Assembly: GCF_963921235.1 (NCBI RefSeq)
Contig: NC_086097.1
Coordinates: forward strand, 17,174,001-17,238,000
Source of the DNA: Mobula hypostoma
Lineage: Eukaryota
Direction of reading: 5' to 3'
DNA: 64,000 bases
The stretch's first letter is position 1; every line of letters begins with the position of its first letter. A program made the translations under genes and the position numbers. The notes below the pieces were generated by a model. It searched no databases, was not told the origin of the DNA, and saw nothing but the letters and a program-made list of their open reading frames with translations. Shown one piece after another: positions 23,301-35,470 of the stretch.

Positions 23301-23700
23301 GAGACATTCCTAACCCTGGCACCAGGGAAGCAGCATACCATCTGGGTGTCTTTATCGCATCTGAAAAATAAGGAATGAAAAAATAAGAACAAAAAGAGAA
23401 AGTTACCAGATATTTTACTCTGTCCATGCCTGGTCTTACCAAAGCTTGATGAGGAAAAGACACTCTGAAGACTGGCTGCTCAAAGAATGGCCACTCCACC
23501 TGTACTTGTGCTATTTTTATTCACCCTTTCTAATGAATCACTACTTGTTGACTGGTTGCTGCCCAACTCAGAGAAACTGCTGTGAAGTTCTGCCTTTTAA
23601 ATCTTGACCGCGAACCTAATTGAAAAGGTAGTTCGTTTTACGCACTCCCTCTTTGTTGATTGGTCGCCACCCAACTCATCGGTAAACTCCTCCACTTTTG
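20340..23700 (-). mobile_element. Long degraded CR1 (5' UTR, ORF1 esterase remnant, APE, RT)
   Basis: GEQPEVLVNIGSND (ORF1), YLNAHSVQNK (APE), NYRPVSLTS, YLDFQKVFD, 3' end at ~20340. Confidence 0.9.
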
Positions 23701-23864
23701 ATGGAATAATCATGGGCGAAGCGTTTGAAGATGATAGGGCCTAGGATACTACCCTGACAAGTTGTTACAGTGAGATTCTGGAGCTGGGATGTCTGACATC
23801 TGACAACAACCATGATCACCTTCCTTTGTGCATGAAATAATTCCGATCACGACAGTATGTTTTC

Positions 23865-24495
23865 CCTTCAGCATTCATTTCGAGATGACTGGAATAGAAA
23901 AGCAAGCATGTAATGCTGAGGCTTAATAAGGCATTGGTCAGATCACACTTGGAGCATTGTGAGCAATTTTGGGACCCTTGTCTAAGAAAAGATGTGCTGA
24001 CATTGGAGAGGGCCCGGAGGAGGTTCATGAGGATGATTCCATGAATGAGGCTTTAATAGATGAGAAACGTTTGATGGCTCTGGGCCTGTACTCACTGGAG
24101 TTTAGAAGAATGATAGGGGATCTCATTGAAACCTACTGGACAGTGTAAGGCCCAGATAGAGTGGATGTGCAGAGGATCTTTCCTATATTAGGGGACTCTA
24201 GGATCAAAGAGCACAGCCTCAGAACAGAGGGATGTCCACTTAAAAAAGAGATAAGCAGGAATTGCTTTAATCAGAGGGTAGTGAATCTGTGAAATTCATT
24301 GCCATAGACAGCTGTGGAGACCAAGTCATTGAGTATATTTAAAGCAAAGCTTCACAGGTTCTTCATTAGTCGGGGCATCTCAGGTTACAGGAAGAAGGTA
24401 TGAGAATGAGGTTGAGAGGGATATTAAATCAGCCATGACAGATTGGCAAAGCAGACTCAATGGGCTGAATGGCCTATTTCTGCTCCTATGGTCTT
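23865..24495 (+). mobile_element. CR1 3' fragment
   Basis: LRLNKALVRSHLEHCEQFW…; tail tgctcctatggtc. Confidence 0.85.
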
Positions 24496-25295
24496 TGATG
24501 ACTAGTGACTTTAATGTTAACAGAGCACATTGACATCACACTTGATCAGTTGCTGGATTGATGTGAAGGGCAGTAATGCCACCTCATCTCTGGAATACAC
24601 ATTTTTGATTCATGTTTGGACTAAGGCTGCAATGAAGTATGAATTGTGTAGTCCTACTGGAAACCAAATTATGCTCCACTGAATAGGTTGTTATAAAATG
24701 AATGTTTGTTAATTGTATTGATGATAGCTTTCATTTCCTTGATGATGAGTACAAGTGGATTGATTTGGCAGTAATTTACCACATTATTTTGTCCTGTTTT
24801 TCATGAACAAGACCAGTGGAGAAAAGGCTCTTGCTTCTTTAGTTCACAACTTGGTATGGTGGTAGAGGCTTTGCTTCCAGGTGAGCTCAATGCCTTCTAT
24901 GCTCACTTTCATCACCAGAACGGGAAGGAACCATCACACACCCCCATGTCTCTCGATGATCCTTTGGTCTCAGAATCTGAAGGTGACGTGTGGGTTGCCG
25001 TCAAGAGAGTGAATCCAAGGAAAGCGTCCAGTCCAGATGGGGTACCTGGCTGAGTACTGAAGACCTGTGCCGACCATCTGGCTGGTGTAGTCACAGATAT
25101 CTTCAACCTCTCACTCCAGCAGTGTGTGGTACCCACCTGCTTCAAACAGACTTCATTCGGACCAGTGCCCAAGAACAGCATGATAACTATTGTTCAGTGG
25201 CACGTATGTCCACAGTGATGAAATGTTTTGAGAGGCTGGTGTTGAAGCATATCAGTTCTTGTCTGAGTGGTGACTTGCATCTGCTCCAATTCATA

Positions 25296-25610
25296 CCAAC
25301 ACAAGAAATAGGAGCAGGAGTAGGACATCTGGCCTGTCGAGCCTGCTCCACCATTCAATAAAATCATGGCTGATCTGACCATGGACTCATCTCCACCTAC
25401 CTGACTTTTCCCCATAGCCCTTCATTCCCCTACTATGCAAAAATCTATCCAACATTGTCTTAAATATATTTACTGAGGTAGCCTCTAATGCTTCATTGGG
25501 CAGAGAATTCCACAGATTCACCACTCTCTGGGAAAAGCAGTTCTTCCTCATCTCCCTCACCGCCATCTTAAATCTACTCCCTCAAATTTTGAGGTTACAT
25601 CCTACTGGTC
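25296..25610 (-). mobile_element. CR1 3' fragment nested in Rex1
   Basis: acacaagaaataggagcaggagtagg…gaattccacagattcaccactctctg. Confidence 0.85.
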
Positions 25611-26105
25611 TACACCAGATGCTATTTTGTTGGCTCTTCACAGAACCCCGGAGCATCTGAATAGCGAAGATGCATACATCAGGATGCTCTTTATTAAGTA
25701 CAGCTTGCATTTAACACTATCATCACATCAAGACTAATCAGTAAACTACAAGACCTGGGCCTCAACAACCCCTTGGGCAATTGGATCCTGGATTTTCTCA
25801 CTTGCAGACCCCAGTCAGCTCGGATTGGCAAAAATATATCCTCCATAATCTCCACCAGCACAGGAGCACCTTAGGGACGCATACTTAGTCCCCTGCTCTA
25901 CTCACTTTACACCTTTGACTGTGAAGCTAAGTACAGTTCCAACACCATATACAAGTTTGCTGATGACACCACTGTTGTGGGCCATATCAAAGGCAGTGTT
26001 GAATCAGCATACAGGAGAGAGATTGAAAATTTGGCTCAGTGGTGTAATAACAACAACCTCTCACTCAATGTCAATAAGACCAAGGAATTGATGGTAGACT
26101 TCAGG

Positions 26106-26546
26106 TCACTCATCTGAGTGCTACTAGTACCATGTAACCCAGTACTAGCTGTCATGTGGTCAGCGACTAAACCGGCTCCCCCACCAGGCTTGCCTGGTGA
26201 GGAGGCTGGCTAGATACCCCGCAGAACGAAAAAGAAGACTTGTCAAAGGGTGGATGAACGCTCTCGTAGAGTCAACGGCCATCTAGCAAGCACGTGCCAT
26301 GAGGCACAAAAAGGGCACCCCTTGCGTCAAAGCTTGGTTTGGCCATTCACTGCAACAGAACATCCCCCAGCCGTCTTGGACCCCACCGTGCCGCTGGATC
26401 CGGGAGAGGATGTCGAGAGGGTGGGTCTGGACCTGTGCAACCCCTGACTCACCTAAAATCCACTCACACACACATGCTGTTCCTTTCTGCACTGAAATGA
26501 ACCATCATCATCCTATGGGATGGATAGCCAGAGACAGAGAGGGAGA
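26106..26546 (+). mobile_element. Non-autonomous RTE-type retroposon with (GA)n tail
   Basis: Perfect 12-bp TSD gtagacttcagg (26094-26105 / 26547-26558) splitting the Rex1 codons VDFR. Confidence 0.8.
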
Positions 26547-26764
26547 GTAGACTTCAGGAGAGAGAAACCGGAGGTTCGTGAGCCAGTAATCATCAGAGAA
26601 TCAGAGGTGCAGAACGTCAGTAACTTTAAATTCCTGGGTGTCACTATCTCAGAGGGCCTGTTCTGAACCCATCATATATATATTATTGCAAAGAAAAAAT
26701 GACAGCGCCTCTATTTCCTCAGGAGTCTGCGGAGGTTCGGCACGTCATCAAAAACCTTGCCAAA

Positions 26765-27735
26765 TTTCAATGCACAATGGTGTCAAGAAAACATCCTCTC
26801 CCTCAATGTCGTAAAAACAAAGGAGCTGGTTGTGGACTACAGGAGGAATGGAGACAGGCTAACCCCTATTGACATCAGTGGATCTGGGGTTGAGAGGGTG
26901 AACAGCTTTAAGTTCCTCGGCATACACATCACTGAGGATCTCACATGGTCTGTACACACTGGCTGTGTGGTGAAAAAGACACAACAGCGTCTCTTTCACC
27001 TCAGGCGGTTGAAGAAATTTGGTATGGGCCCCCAAATCCTAAAAACTTTCTACAGGCACAATTGAGAGCATCCGGATTGGCTGCATCACTGCCTGGCATG
27101 GGAACTGTACCTCTCTTAATCGCAGGGTTCTCCGAAGAATGGTGTAGACAGTCCCGCGCATCTGTAGGTGTGAACTTCCCACTATTCAGGACATTTTCAA
27201 AGACAGGTGTGTAAAAAGGGCCCGAAGGGTCATTGGGAACCCGACTCATCCCAAGTCCAAACTCTTCAGCTGCTACCATCTGGGAAACAGTACTACAGCA
27301 TAAAAGCCAGGACAGCTTTTTCCACCAGGCCATCAGACTGATTAATTCACGCTGATACAATTGTATTTGTGTTATATTGACTGTCCTGTTGTACATACTA
27401 TTTATTACATAGAAACATAGAAACATAGAAAATAGGTGCAGGAGTAGGCCATTCGGCCCTTCGAGCCTGCACCGCCATTTATTATGATCATGGCTGATCA
27501 TCCAACTCAGAACCCAGCCTTCCCTCCATACCCCCTGACCCCTGTAGCCACAAGGGCCATATCTAACTTCCTTTTAAACATAGCTAATGAACTGGCCTCA
27601 ACAGTTTGCTGTGGCAGAGAATTCCACAGATACAAATTACTATAAATTATACATTGCACATTCAGACAGAGACGTAACATAAAGATTTTTACTCCTCATG
27701 TATGTGAAGGATGTAAGTAACAAAGTCAATTCAAT
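26765..27735 (+). mobile_element. Second, younger Rex1/Babar subfamily nested in the first
   Basis: WCQENILSLNVVKTKELVVDYRR…FKFLGIHITEDLTW…QQRLFHLRRL; tail aaagtcaattcaattca. Confidence 0.85.
27409..27631 (-). mobile_element. Very young CR1 3' end nested in the inner Rex1
   Basis: Reads identical over 223 bp to 56337-56559. Confidence 0.9.
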
Positions 27736-27894
27736 TCAGTATATCACGGGTGAAACCCTCACAACCATTAAGCACATCTACATGAAACGTTGCCATAGAA
27801 AAGCAGCATTCATCATCAACAATCCTCACCACCCAGGCCACGCTCTTTTCTCACTGCTGCCATCAGATAGAAGGTATAACTGCCTCAGGACTCA

Positions 27895-29035
27895 ATAGAC
27901 AACAGACAATAGACAATAGGGGCAGGAGTAGGCCATTCGGCCCTTTGAGCCAGCACCGCCATTCACTGTGATCATGGCTGATCATCCACTATCGGTATCC
28001 AGTTCCTGCCTTATCCCCATAACCTTTGATTCCACTATCTTTAAGAGCTCTATCCATCTCTTTTTTGAAAGCATCCAGAGACTTGGCCTCCACAGCCTTC
28101 TGAGGCAGAGCATTCCATACATCCACCACTCTCTGGGTGAAAAAGTTTTTCCTCAACTCCGTTCTAAATGGCCTACCCCTAATTCCTAAACTGTGGCCTT
28201 TGGTTCTGGACTCACCCATCAGCGGGAACATGCTTCCTGCCTGCAGTGTGTCTAATCCCTTAATAATCTTATATGTTTCAATAAGATCCCCTCTCAGCCT
28301 TCTAAATTCCAGTGTACACAAGCCCAGTTGCTCCAATTTTTCAACATATGACAGTCCCACCATCCCAGGAATTAACCTTGTGAACCTACGCTGCACTCCC
28401 TCAATAGCGAGAATATCCTTCCTCAAATTTGGAGACCAAAACTGCACACAGTACTCCAGGTGAGGTCTCACCAGGGCCCTGTACAGCTACAGAAGGACGT
28501 CTTTGCTGTTATACTCAATTCCCCTTGTTATGAAGGCCAGCATGCCATTAGCTTTTTTCGCTGCCTGCTGTACTTGCATACTTGCTTTCAGTGACTGATG
28601 TACAAGAACACCTAGATCTCATTGTACTTCCCCTTTTCCTAACTTGACTCCATTTAGATAATAATCTGCCTTCCCATTCTTACCACCAAAGTGGATAACC
28701 TCACACTTATCCACATTAAACTGCATCTGCCATGCATCTGCCCACTCACCCAGCCTGTCCAAGTCACCCTGCATTCTCATAACATCCTCCTTACATTTCA
28801 CACTGCCTTCCAGCTTTGTGTCATCAGCAAATTTGCTAATGTTACTTTCAATTCCCTCATCTAAATCATTAATATATATTGTAAACAGCTGCAGTCCCAG
28901 CACTGAACCCTGCGGTACCCAACTGGTCACCGCCTGCCATTCCGAAAGGGACCCCATTAACTGCTACTCTTTGTTTTCTGTCAGCAAGGCAATTTTCAAT
29001 CCATGTCAGTACTCTGCCCCCAATACCATGTGCCC
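27895..29035 (-). mobile_element. Young 5'-truncated CR1; (CAATAGA)n tail on + strand
   Basis: [29 protein letters not shown]…GDKAGTG; same subfamily as 51575-52002. Confidence 0.92.
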
Positions 29036-30254
29036 ACCAGGTGCCCACTCGCACCACTGGGTTCAAGAACAGTTACTACCCTTCAACCATCAGGCTCTTG
29101 ATCAAAAGGGGATAATAACATTCATTTAAGGAATCTTTCAATGAATTATTTCATGCTTGTTATTTATTGCTATTTATTTATATCTACATTTGCACAGTTT
29201 AGATAGGCACATGAAATTGAGGATGATGAAGGAATATGGACATTGTGTAGGTAGGAGAAATTCATTTTTAGGGTTATTTTGATTTGATTTTTAGCTGTTT
29301 TGGCCAAACATTGTGGACCAAAGGGCCTGTTCCCGTGTAGTACTTTTCTATGTTCAATGCTACATTGGGAATAGCCGGTGGAAATAGCTGGAGAAGTCTA
29401 GCAGTTCTTCGGTATAAGAATGGCATTAGGTGAATGGGGGAATGCAGCTAAAAGAAACAGAGGTATGGTAGTTATCATCCAATCAGTTTAATGTTGTTAG
29501 CTGGGACACTTATAGAAACAGTAGCTGGGGTGAAAAACTGGACAAGCATGACTATGTATGGGACACATCACATTTTTCAACGTGATTAAGTTTTTGGATG
29601 AAGTCAATCAGGTCAATTCAGTGATGTTGCCTTTTTAGTAAGAAATTGATAAAGCTCTGTATTCTGGTCTTGATAGCAAAATTAAAAGAACAAGATGAGA
29701 AATAAAGGCAATGCAGCAAAACATGATCAACAGGATGGTGGGAAAATGAGTGTGAGATACACTATGGAATAGAAAAGTGACAGTCAAAACAAATGAATGC
29801 AAGATCATGGGCAACAACGATAAGAAGAATTAAGGCACTTAAATTGTATGCACAATTTTGCAGATTACAGTAATTTACAAAATAACTATAGTCAAACATA
29901 TTTGTTTTAAAAGTGGTGCCAATTTTCTCTCAATAAAAATAATGATCCTGGCTATAATCCAGTTTTAACCTCTGCTCTTGCAGGCTATGTCACATGATCC
30001 TTGCCATCACGTGCCATTATTTTATCCTTGAAGGAAACACAAAACCTTGATACTATTAAACTGGAATGCTTTTCATGAAAATAATTTGTATTTGGCTTCA
30101 AGGATATGTGTCCGGCATTTATCAGAGAGTACTTCTCAACAGGCTTGGGTTTGTATTACTATCTCAGAATTCAAAAACAAGTATAAACTATCTACATTTC
30201 ACTTCAGCTCACACCTCCAAACCACACCCTCCTCCTCCATTGGTTCAAGGTCTG

Positions 30255-30730
30255 CTATTGTCCAGGGAGGGGATAGCACTTCTGGCGAAGGGGCTTTTCG
30301 TGTCCATTCCAAGACAGCTGACTCACCTTTGGTCCTCACTAGACACTCAGCTCTCATCTGTGGCTCTAAATAGCTGTTTACACATGACACAGTCACACCC
30401 CTACACACTGCTTTAACGGGCAGGCTAAACCAAGTGAGGTTAGCCGGCAGCCTCATACCCCACTGAGACAGGGACATGCCTGTCCTACAATGTCCGGCTG
30501 ACTGGGTGGATGAGATCTACAGTGAGATCCATCGGCCAGGAACGTGGTATTGCCATGCTCCACGGAGAGCAAAGCGTATGACGAGGCACAGGAGAGGCCA
30601 TGGTCATCCACTGCAACAAAGGAAGACCCCAATTTGTTACAATTGTTCATACCACTGGACCCGGACGTCTGAGGTCACGAGCGTGGAACTCGACCCAGTG
30701 CAATGGCTTTTCCACTTTTCCATGCACACG
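30255..30730 (+). mobile_element. Older non-autonomous RTE-type retroposon
   Basis: Collinear with 2693-3197 (cacctttggtcc, cactcagctctca.ctgtggctc, ggctaaacca, gtcatccactg, ccactgga); extends further 5'. Confidence 0.7.
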
Positions 30731-30859
30731 CACCTCATGTTCTTTACCTGATGAAATTGAAAGGTCCATATAACCTAATTATGCATTGGCAGTTGACATT
30801 TATCATTTGAAATCAGCAGTTAGATTGTTCTAACAGCTAAATCTGAAAAATGTTTTGAC

Positions 30860-31505
30860 AAAAGTTCAAAGTAAATGTATTATCAAAGTACATATATGTC
30901 ACCATATACAACCCTGAGATTCATTGTCTTGCAAGCATGCTCAGTAAATCCATCAAATAATAACCATAACAGAATCTATGAAAGACTGCACCAAACTAGG
31001 CTTTCAGATAGTGTGCAAAAGACAACAAACTGTGGAAATAAAAAAGGAAAGAAATAATAAGAAGAAATAAATAAGCAATAAAAATCAAGAACATGAGAAG
31101 AGTTCTTGAAGGGGAGTCCATAGGTTGTGGGAACATTTCAATGAAGGGGCAAGTGAAGTTGAATGAAGCTATTTGGTTCAAGAAGTCAATGACTGAGGGC
31201 TAATAACTGTTTCTGAACCTGGTGGTGTGAGTCCTGAGGCTCCTGTACCTTCTTCCTGATGGCAGCAGCGAGAAGAGAACATGACCTGGGTGGTGGGGCC
31301 CCTGATGTCTGCCTTCCTGCGACAATGCTTCATGTAGATGTGCTCAGTAGTGGGGAGGACTTTACCCGTGATGGACTGAGCCATATCTACTACTTTTTAT
31401 AAGATTTTCCATTCAAGGGCATTGGTATTTCGTACCAGGCTGTGGAGCAGTCAATCAGTATACTCTCCACCTCACATCTATAGAAGCTGGTCGAAGTTTT
31501 AGACA
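30860..31505 (-). mobile_element. Rex1/Babar 3' end
   Basis: MAQSITGKVLPTTEHIYMKHCRRKA; reverse tail aaagttcaaagtaaat. Confidence 0.85.
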
Positions 31506-32259
31506 CAGAATATTCAATTCACAATATTCACATTGTAGATTGAACAGAACCGAAGAAAACAGCAAGGTGGGGATAATAACGAATTATAAATGTCTTCATT
31601 TTTAAAAAGTGTGAGGCATGGTGAGGCATCAAACTATGTTTACAATTGAGCTTTTGTTTTCTTGTAGCTTCTTTCAATATGAATCTGTAAAGGTTGTGAT
31701 TAGTTTCCTCTCCTGTATTACTAAATTTCTTCTCATGGTATGCCACAGAATCTTCCAGAAATAAGAGGCAGGTTTTCTTTAAGGCATTTTGGCTCCAAGA
31801 TGAAAGCAATATCCCTTTGGAAATAAACCCTGGCCTTTGGTTTGTTTTTTTTTTAATGGCCTTGCTAACCTGTGCAATGTTTAATAGTTGGAGCATTTGC
31901 ATGCATATGTTACACATACTTAACAATTTGTTAGAACAAGGTGTAGCACCAGAGGGCTGGCAGATAAGTAATGTTCGATCTGACCTAAGGAAGGGGATAG
32001 AATTTGTCTGCAAATTTACAGGCTGGTCTGTGTGGCGTCAGTGATGTGAAAGATAATGGAATTACTACTAAAGAAAAGAAGAACATTTGGAAATGAGAAG
32101 TATAATAAAGAACAGTCTTTTGGGATTTCAAAAGAGAAAATTATTGCTTGACCAACTTAATTAAGGTTTTGAAGAGGTGACAGAGAGAAGAGAGGACAGC
32201 AAAGGTGGAGGGAGTAGTAATGGTAAAACATATTGGAGTTTTGAAGAATGAAGGGATTT

Positions 32260-32640
32260 GCACTGAAACCTATTGAATATTGAAAGGTCGCGGCAGAGTG
32301 GATTCTGGGAAAATGTTGTGGGGGGGTGGGGTCTAGGACCAGATGGTACAGCCTCAGAATAGAAGGACTTCCCTTTAGAACAGAGATGAGGTGGAATTTC
32401 TTTAGCTAGAGAGTGGTGAATCTGTGGAACTGATTGCTATGGATGGTTGTGGAGGTTGTCATTGGGTTATATTTAAGCAGAAGTTGTTTGCTTCTTGTTT
32501 AGTAAGAATGTAAAGGCTTACCGGGAGAAGACAGGAGAATGTGGTTGAGAGGAATAATAAATCAGTCATGATGGAATGGCGAAACAGACTCGATGAGCCA
32601 TAGGGCCTCATTCTGCTCCAATGTCTTATGGTCTATGGTC
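32260..32640 (+). mobile_element. CR1 3' fragment
   Basis: cagcctcagaatagaagg…aatttctttagctagagagtggtgaatctgtgg; tail tcttatggtctatgg. Confidence 0.8.
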
Positions 32641-32819
32641 ATTTGTTTAGACTTTTGAAAGATTTCAATAAGGGGCCCCATGAAATTACAGCAAATTACA
32701 TTAATAAACTGGCAGATTAGGAAAAGGATTTGCAAATAAATTTTAATACAGATAAGTGTGAGAGAGAAGTGTGATACCAGGAATCTGAGGATGACTAGTC
32801 TTCCGACTTTGACAAAAGA

Positions 32820-33250
32820 AAGCTGATGTGTGCTCCTGTACACCCTCTCATCTTCATTAGAGATTCTGCCAACAATGGTTGTATCATCAGCAAACTTATA
32901 AATGGGATTTGGGCTATGCCTATCCACATAGTCATGGGCGTAGAGAGAGTACAGCAGGGGTCTAAGCACACATATCTGAGGTGCAAGGAGGAGATATAAT
33001 TGCCAATCTGCACAGAATGAAGTCGAGGATCCGATTGCAGAGGGAGGTACAGAGGCCCAGGTTCTGTAGCTTATCGATCAGGACAGTAGGAATGATGGTG
33101 TTAAACGCTGAGCTCTAATCAACAAACAGCTTCCTGACATAGGTGTTTGTACTGCCCAGGTGATCCAAGACCGTGTGAAGAGCATTTGAGTTTGTGTCTG
33201 CTGTAGACCCATTGTGGCGACAGTCAAATTACAGTGATTTCAGGTCCTTG
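32820..33250 (-). mobile_element. Rex1/Babar RT fragment
   Basis: PLLYSLYAHDYV…IYKFADDTTIVGRI. Confidence 0.8.
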
Positions 33251-33524
33251 CTGAGGATGCTTGCTTGTTGGGAAGAGCATAACTTGATAATCGTCATGAA
33301 ATAAAATAAAGATCATTTTGACCCAAAGAATGGTGCAAGTATCAAACTCATCAGTGTGTCGTTATAGGAAATAGTGCAGATGCATTTAAGAAGAAGCTGG
33401 ACATGCAGATATAGAAGTTAGGGAATGGAGTAAAGAGAACAAGAGGATTTTTGTGCACAGCATAAAAGAATATACGGACTGGTTAGGTTTCATGGCCCCT
33501 TTCTGTACTGTCATGTTGCTTACT

Positions 33525-33930
33525 CAGAATCAGAATCACGTTTAATATCACTGGCATATGATGTGAAATTTGTTGTCTTTGCTGCAGCAGTACAATGCAG
33601 TACATAGCAACAGAGAAAATAAAGTGAATTACAGCAAGTATATATATGCACACATAGTTATAAATAGCTACATTAAACAAGTAGTGCAAAAATAAAAATT
33701 ATAAAATAGTGAGGTAATGTTCATGGGTTCAATGTCCATTCAGAAATCAGATGACAGAGGGGAAGAAGCTGTTTTTGAATTGTTGAGTGTATGCCTTCAA
33801 GCTTCTGTACCTCCGTCTTGATGGTAGCAATGAGAAGAGGGCATGTCCTGAGTGATGGGAGCCCTTTATTATGGATGCTGCCTTTTTGCGGCATCGCTTC
33901 TTAAAGATGTCCATGATGGAGCTGACTAAC
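33525..33930 (-). mobile_element. Rex1/Babar 3' end
   Basis: IFKKRCRKKAASIIKGSHHSGHALFSLLPSRRRYRSL; (cagaat)n tail. Confidence 0.85.
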
Positions 33931-33964
33931 TTTACAAGTATTAAAAACATAAGTATTCTGAAGA

Positions 33965-34085
33965 TTCTGAAAGTCTGTAGATGCTGGAGATCCAAAGCAA
34001 CACACACAAAGTGCTGGATGAACTCAGCAGGTGAGGCAGCATCTATGGAAAAGAGTTTTGAGCGAGACTCTTCAGGACTGGGGGG
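33965..34085. mobile_element. Single arm of the 5126-type Penelope-like palindromic element
   Basis: tgctggatgaactcagcaggtgaggcagcatctatggaaaagag is the near reverse complement of 5237-5280. Confidence 0.65.
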
Positions 34086-34099
34086 GGGAGGGAGTTCAT

Positions 34100-34665
34100 C
34101 AAGGATGTAATGTTGAGACTTTATAAAGCACTGGTGAGGGCTCACTTGGAGTTTTGGGCTCCTTATCTTAGAAAGGAGGTGCTGAAACTGGAGGTGACTC
34201 AAAGGAGGTTTGTGAAAATGATTCCAGGTTTGAATGGCTTGCAGATGATGGCTCTGGGTCTGTATTCACTGGAATTCAGAAGAAAGAGGTGTGACCTCAT
34301 TGAAACCTATCGAATGGTGAAAGAGTGGATGTGAAAAGGATGTTTCCTGTGGTGGGAGAGTCTAAGATCAGAGGACACAGTTCAGAATAGAGGGGGATCC
34401 TTTCAGAATGGTGATGAGGAGGAATTTCTTTAGACAGAAAGTATTGAATCTGTGAAATTCTTTGCCACAGCCAGGTGTGGAAGCCAAGTCTTTATGTATA
34501 TTTAAGGCAGATGTAATAGATTCTTGATTGATCAGGGCATGAAGGGATACAGGAACAAGGCAGGAGACTGGGGCTGAGAGGAAAATTGGATCAGTCGTGA
34601 TGAAGTGGCAGAGCAAACTCAATGGGCCAAATGGCCTAATTCTGCTTCTCTACCTTATGGTCTAA
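34100..34665 (+). mobile_element. CR1 3' fragment
   Basis: MLRLYKALVRAHLEFWAPYLRK…GLYSLEFRR. Confidence 0.85.
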
Positions 34666-35289
34666 GTATTACAAGTGTTTAAAAGCATTTTAAATGCACT
34701 AAGCAAAGCTTTATAGAGCTGCATGGAAGTGGAGCTAAATGGATTAATCTTTCAATGGGAAGATGGGCTGAAGAGAAACTTCTTGCACCATTTCTGTAAA
34801 GAGAGAGCTATGGATGGTGGCAAATCCAAGTGCAGGGTAAAGTCTAGAATAAACTCAGACTCAAAGTAAACAATACAACACAAATGTGAAACCACAAACA
34901 GCAGTTCCTAACCTGAGTACTGAGTGCTTAGCACAAGGCCTTTAAGTACAGACGCTCCATGAAGGAATGTGACAGGCAATAATTAACCGTCTGAGTCTTA
35001 AAGGGACCACAGCAGCTAACTATACTCGGGGGAAATGGAGCACCGAAACTTGAATGCCTGCCACTGTCCAGTCAGGAGCATGACAATATCATCCCATGGG
35101 CAAATGGGAAAAGTTCTTTGTAGCAAACAGAAGACTGCCAGATAACTATTGGCAGGGCCACTATAAACAATGTCAGGTAAATTAATCTTGTCTACCAATA
35201 ATATCAGGAGAATCAATCCAACATAGGAGCATACCATGTTAACTCTGCCGATGCCACATTCAGAAGAAGAGCAAAAGGAACAGGAGCAG

Positions 35290-35470
35290 CGACGGGCCGT
35301 GTGCACAGTATGGCATGGTAGCATTTGCAGTTAGTGTAACAGAGCTAGTGATACAGGTTCCATTCCCAGCACTGTCTGTACGGAGTATTGGTGTTCTCCC
35401 CGTGACCATGTGGGTTCCTTCGTGTGATCCAGTTTCCTCTCACATTCTAAAGGCATATGGGCTGGAGTTA
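35290..35470 (+). mobile_element. HE1-type V-SINE fragment
   Basis: ggttccattcccagcactgtctgtacggagt…gttctcccgtgaccatgtgggtt. Confidence 0.65.

Larger units (their letters stand above)
19480..24810 (-). mobile_element. Old LINE of a different CR1-group family, in two pieces (19480-20330 and 24500-24810) separated by later insertions
   Basis: Minus-strand W..TFASNKCQATTISKK and RNTTTCK motifs; 3' end attaattgcccatcc; continuation after 24500. Confidence 0.55.
24850..29200 (+). mobile_element. Rex1/Babar LINE RT region, host of nested insertions
   Basis: [60 protein letters not shown]; pieces resume at ~25610, 26547, ~27736 and ~29035. Confidence 0.85.

Noticed and set aside
30745..30770. ctgatga-aatt-gaaa hammerhead-like string (similar string at ~52624)
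   Set aside because: No credible stem II or stem I; chance match
31528..32013. 161-aa minus-strand ORF
   Set aside because: Partly antisense to an old CR1 remnant; no domain motifs
35123..35176. 53-nt + strand exon-like segment (tttgtag…CAG|gtaaat)
   Set aside because: Short pyrimidine tract, unrecognised peptides, no supporting neighbouring exons
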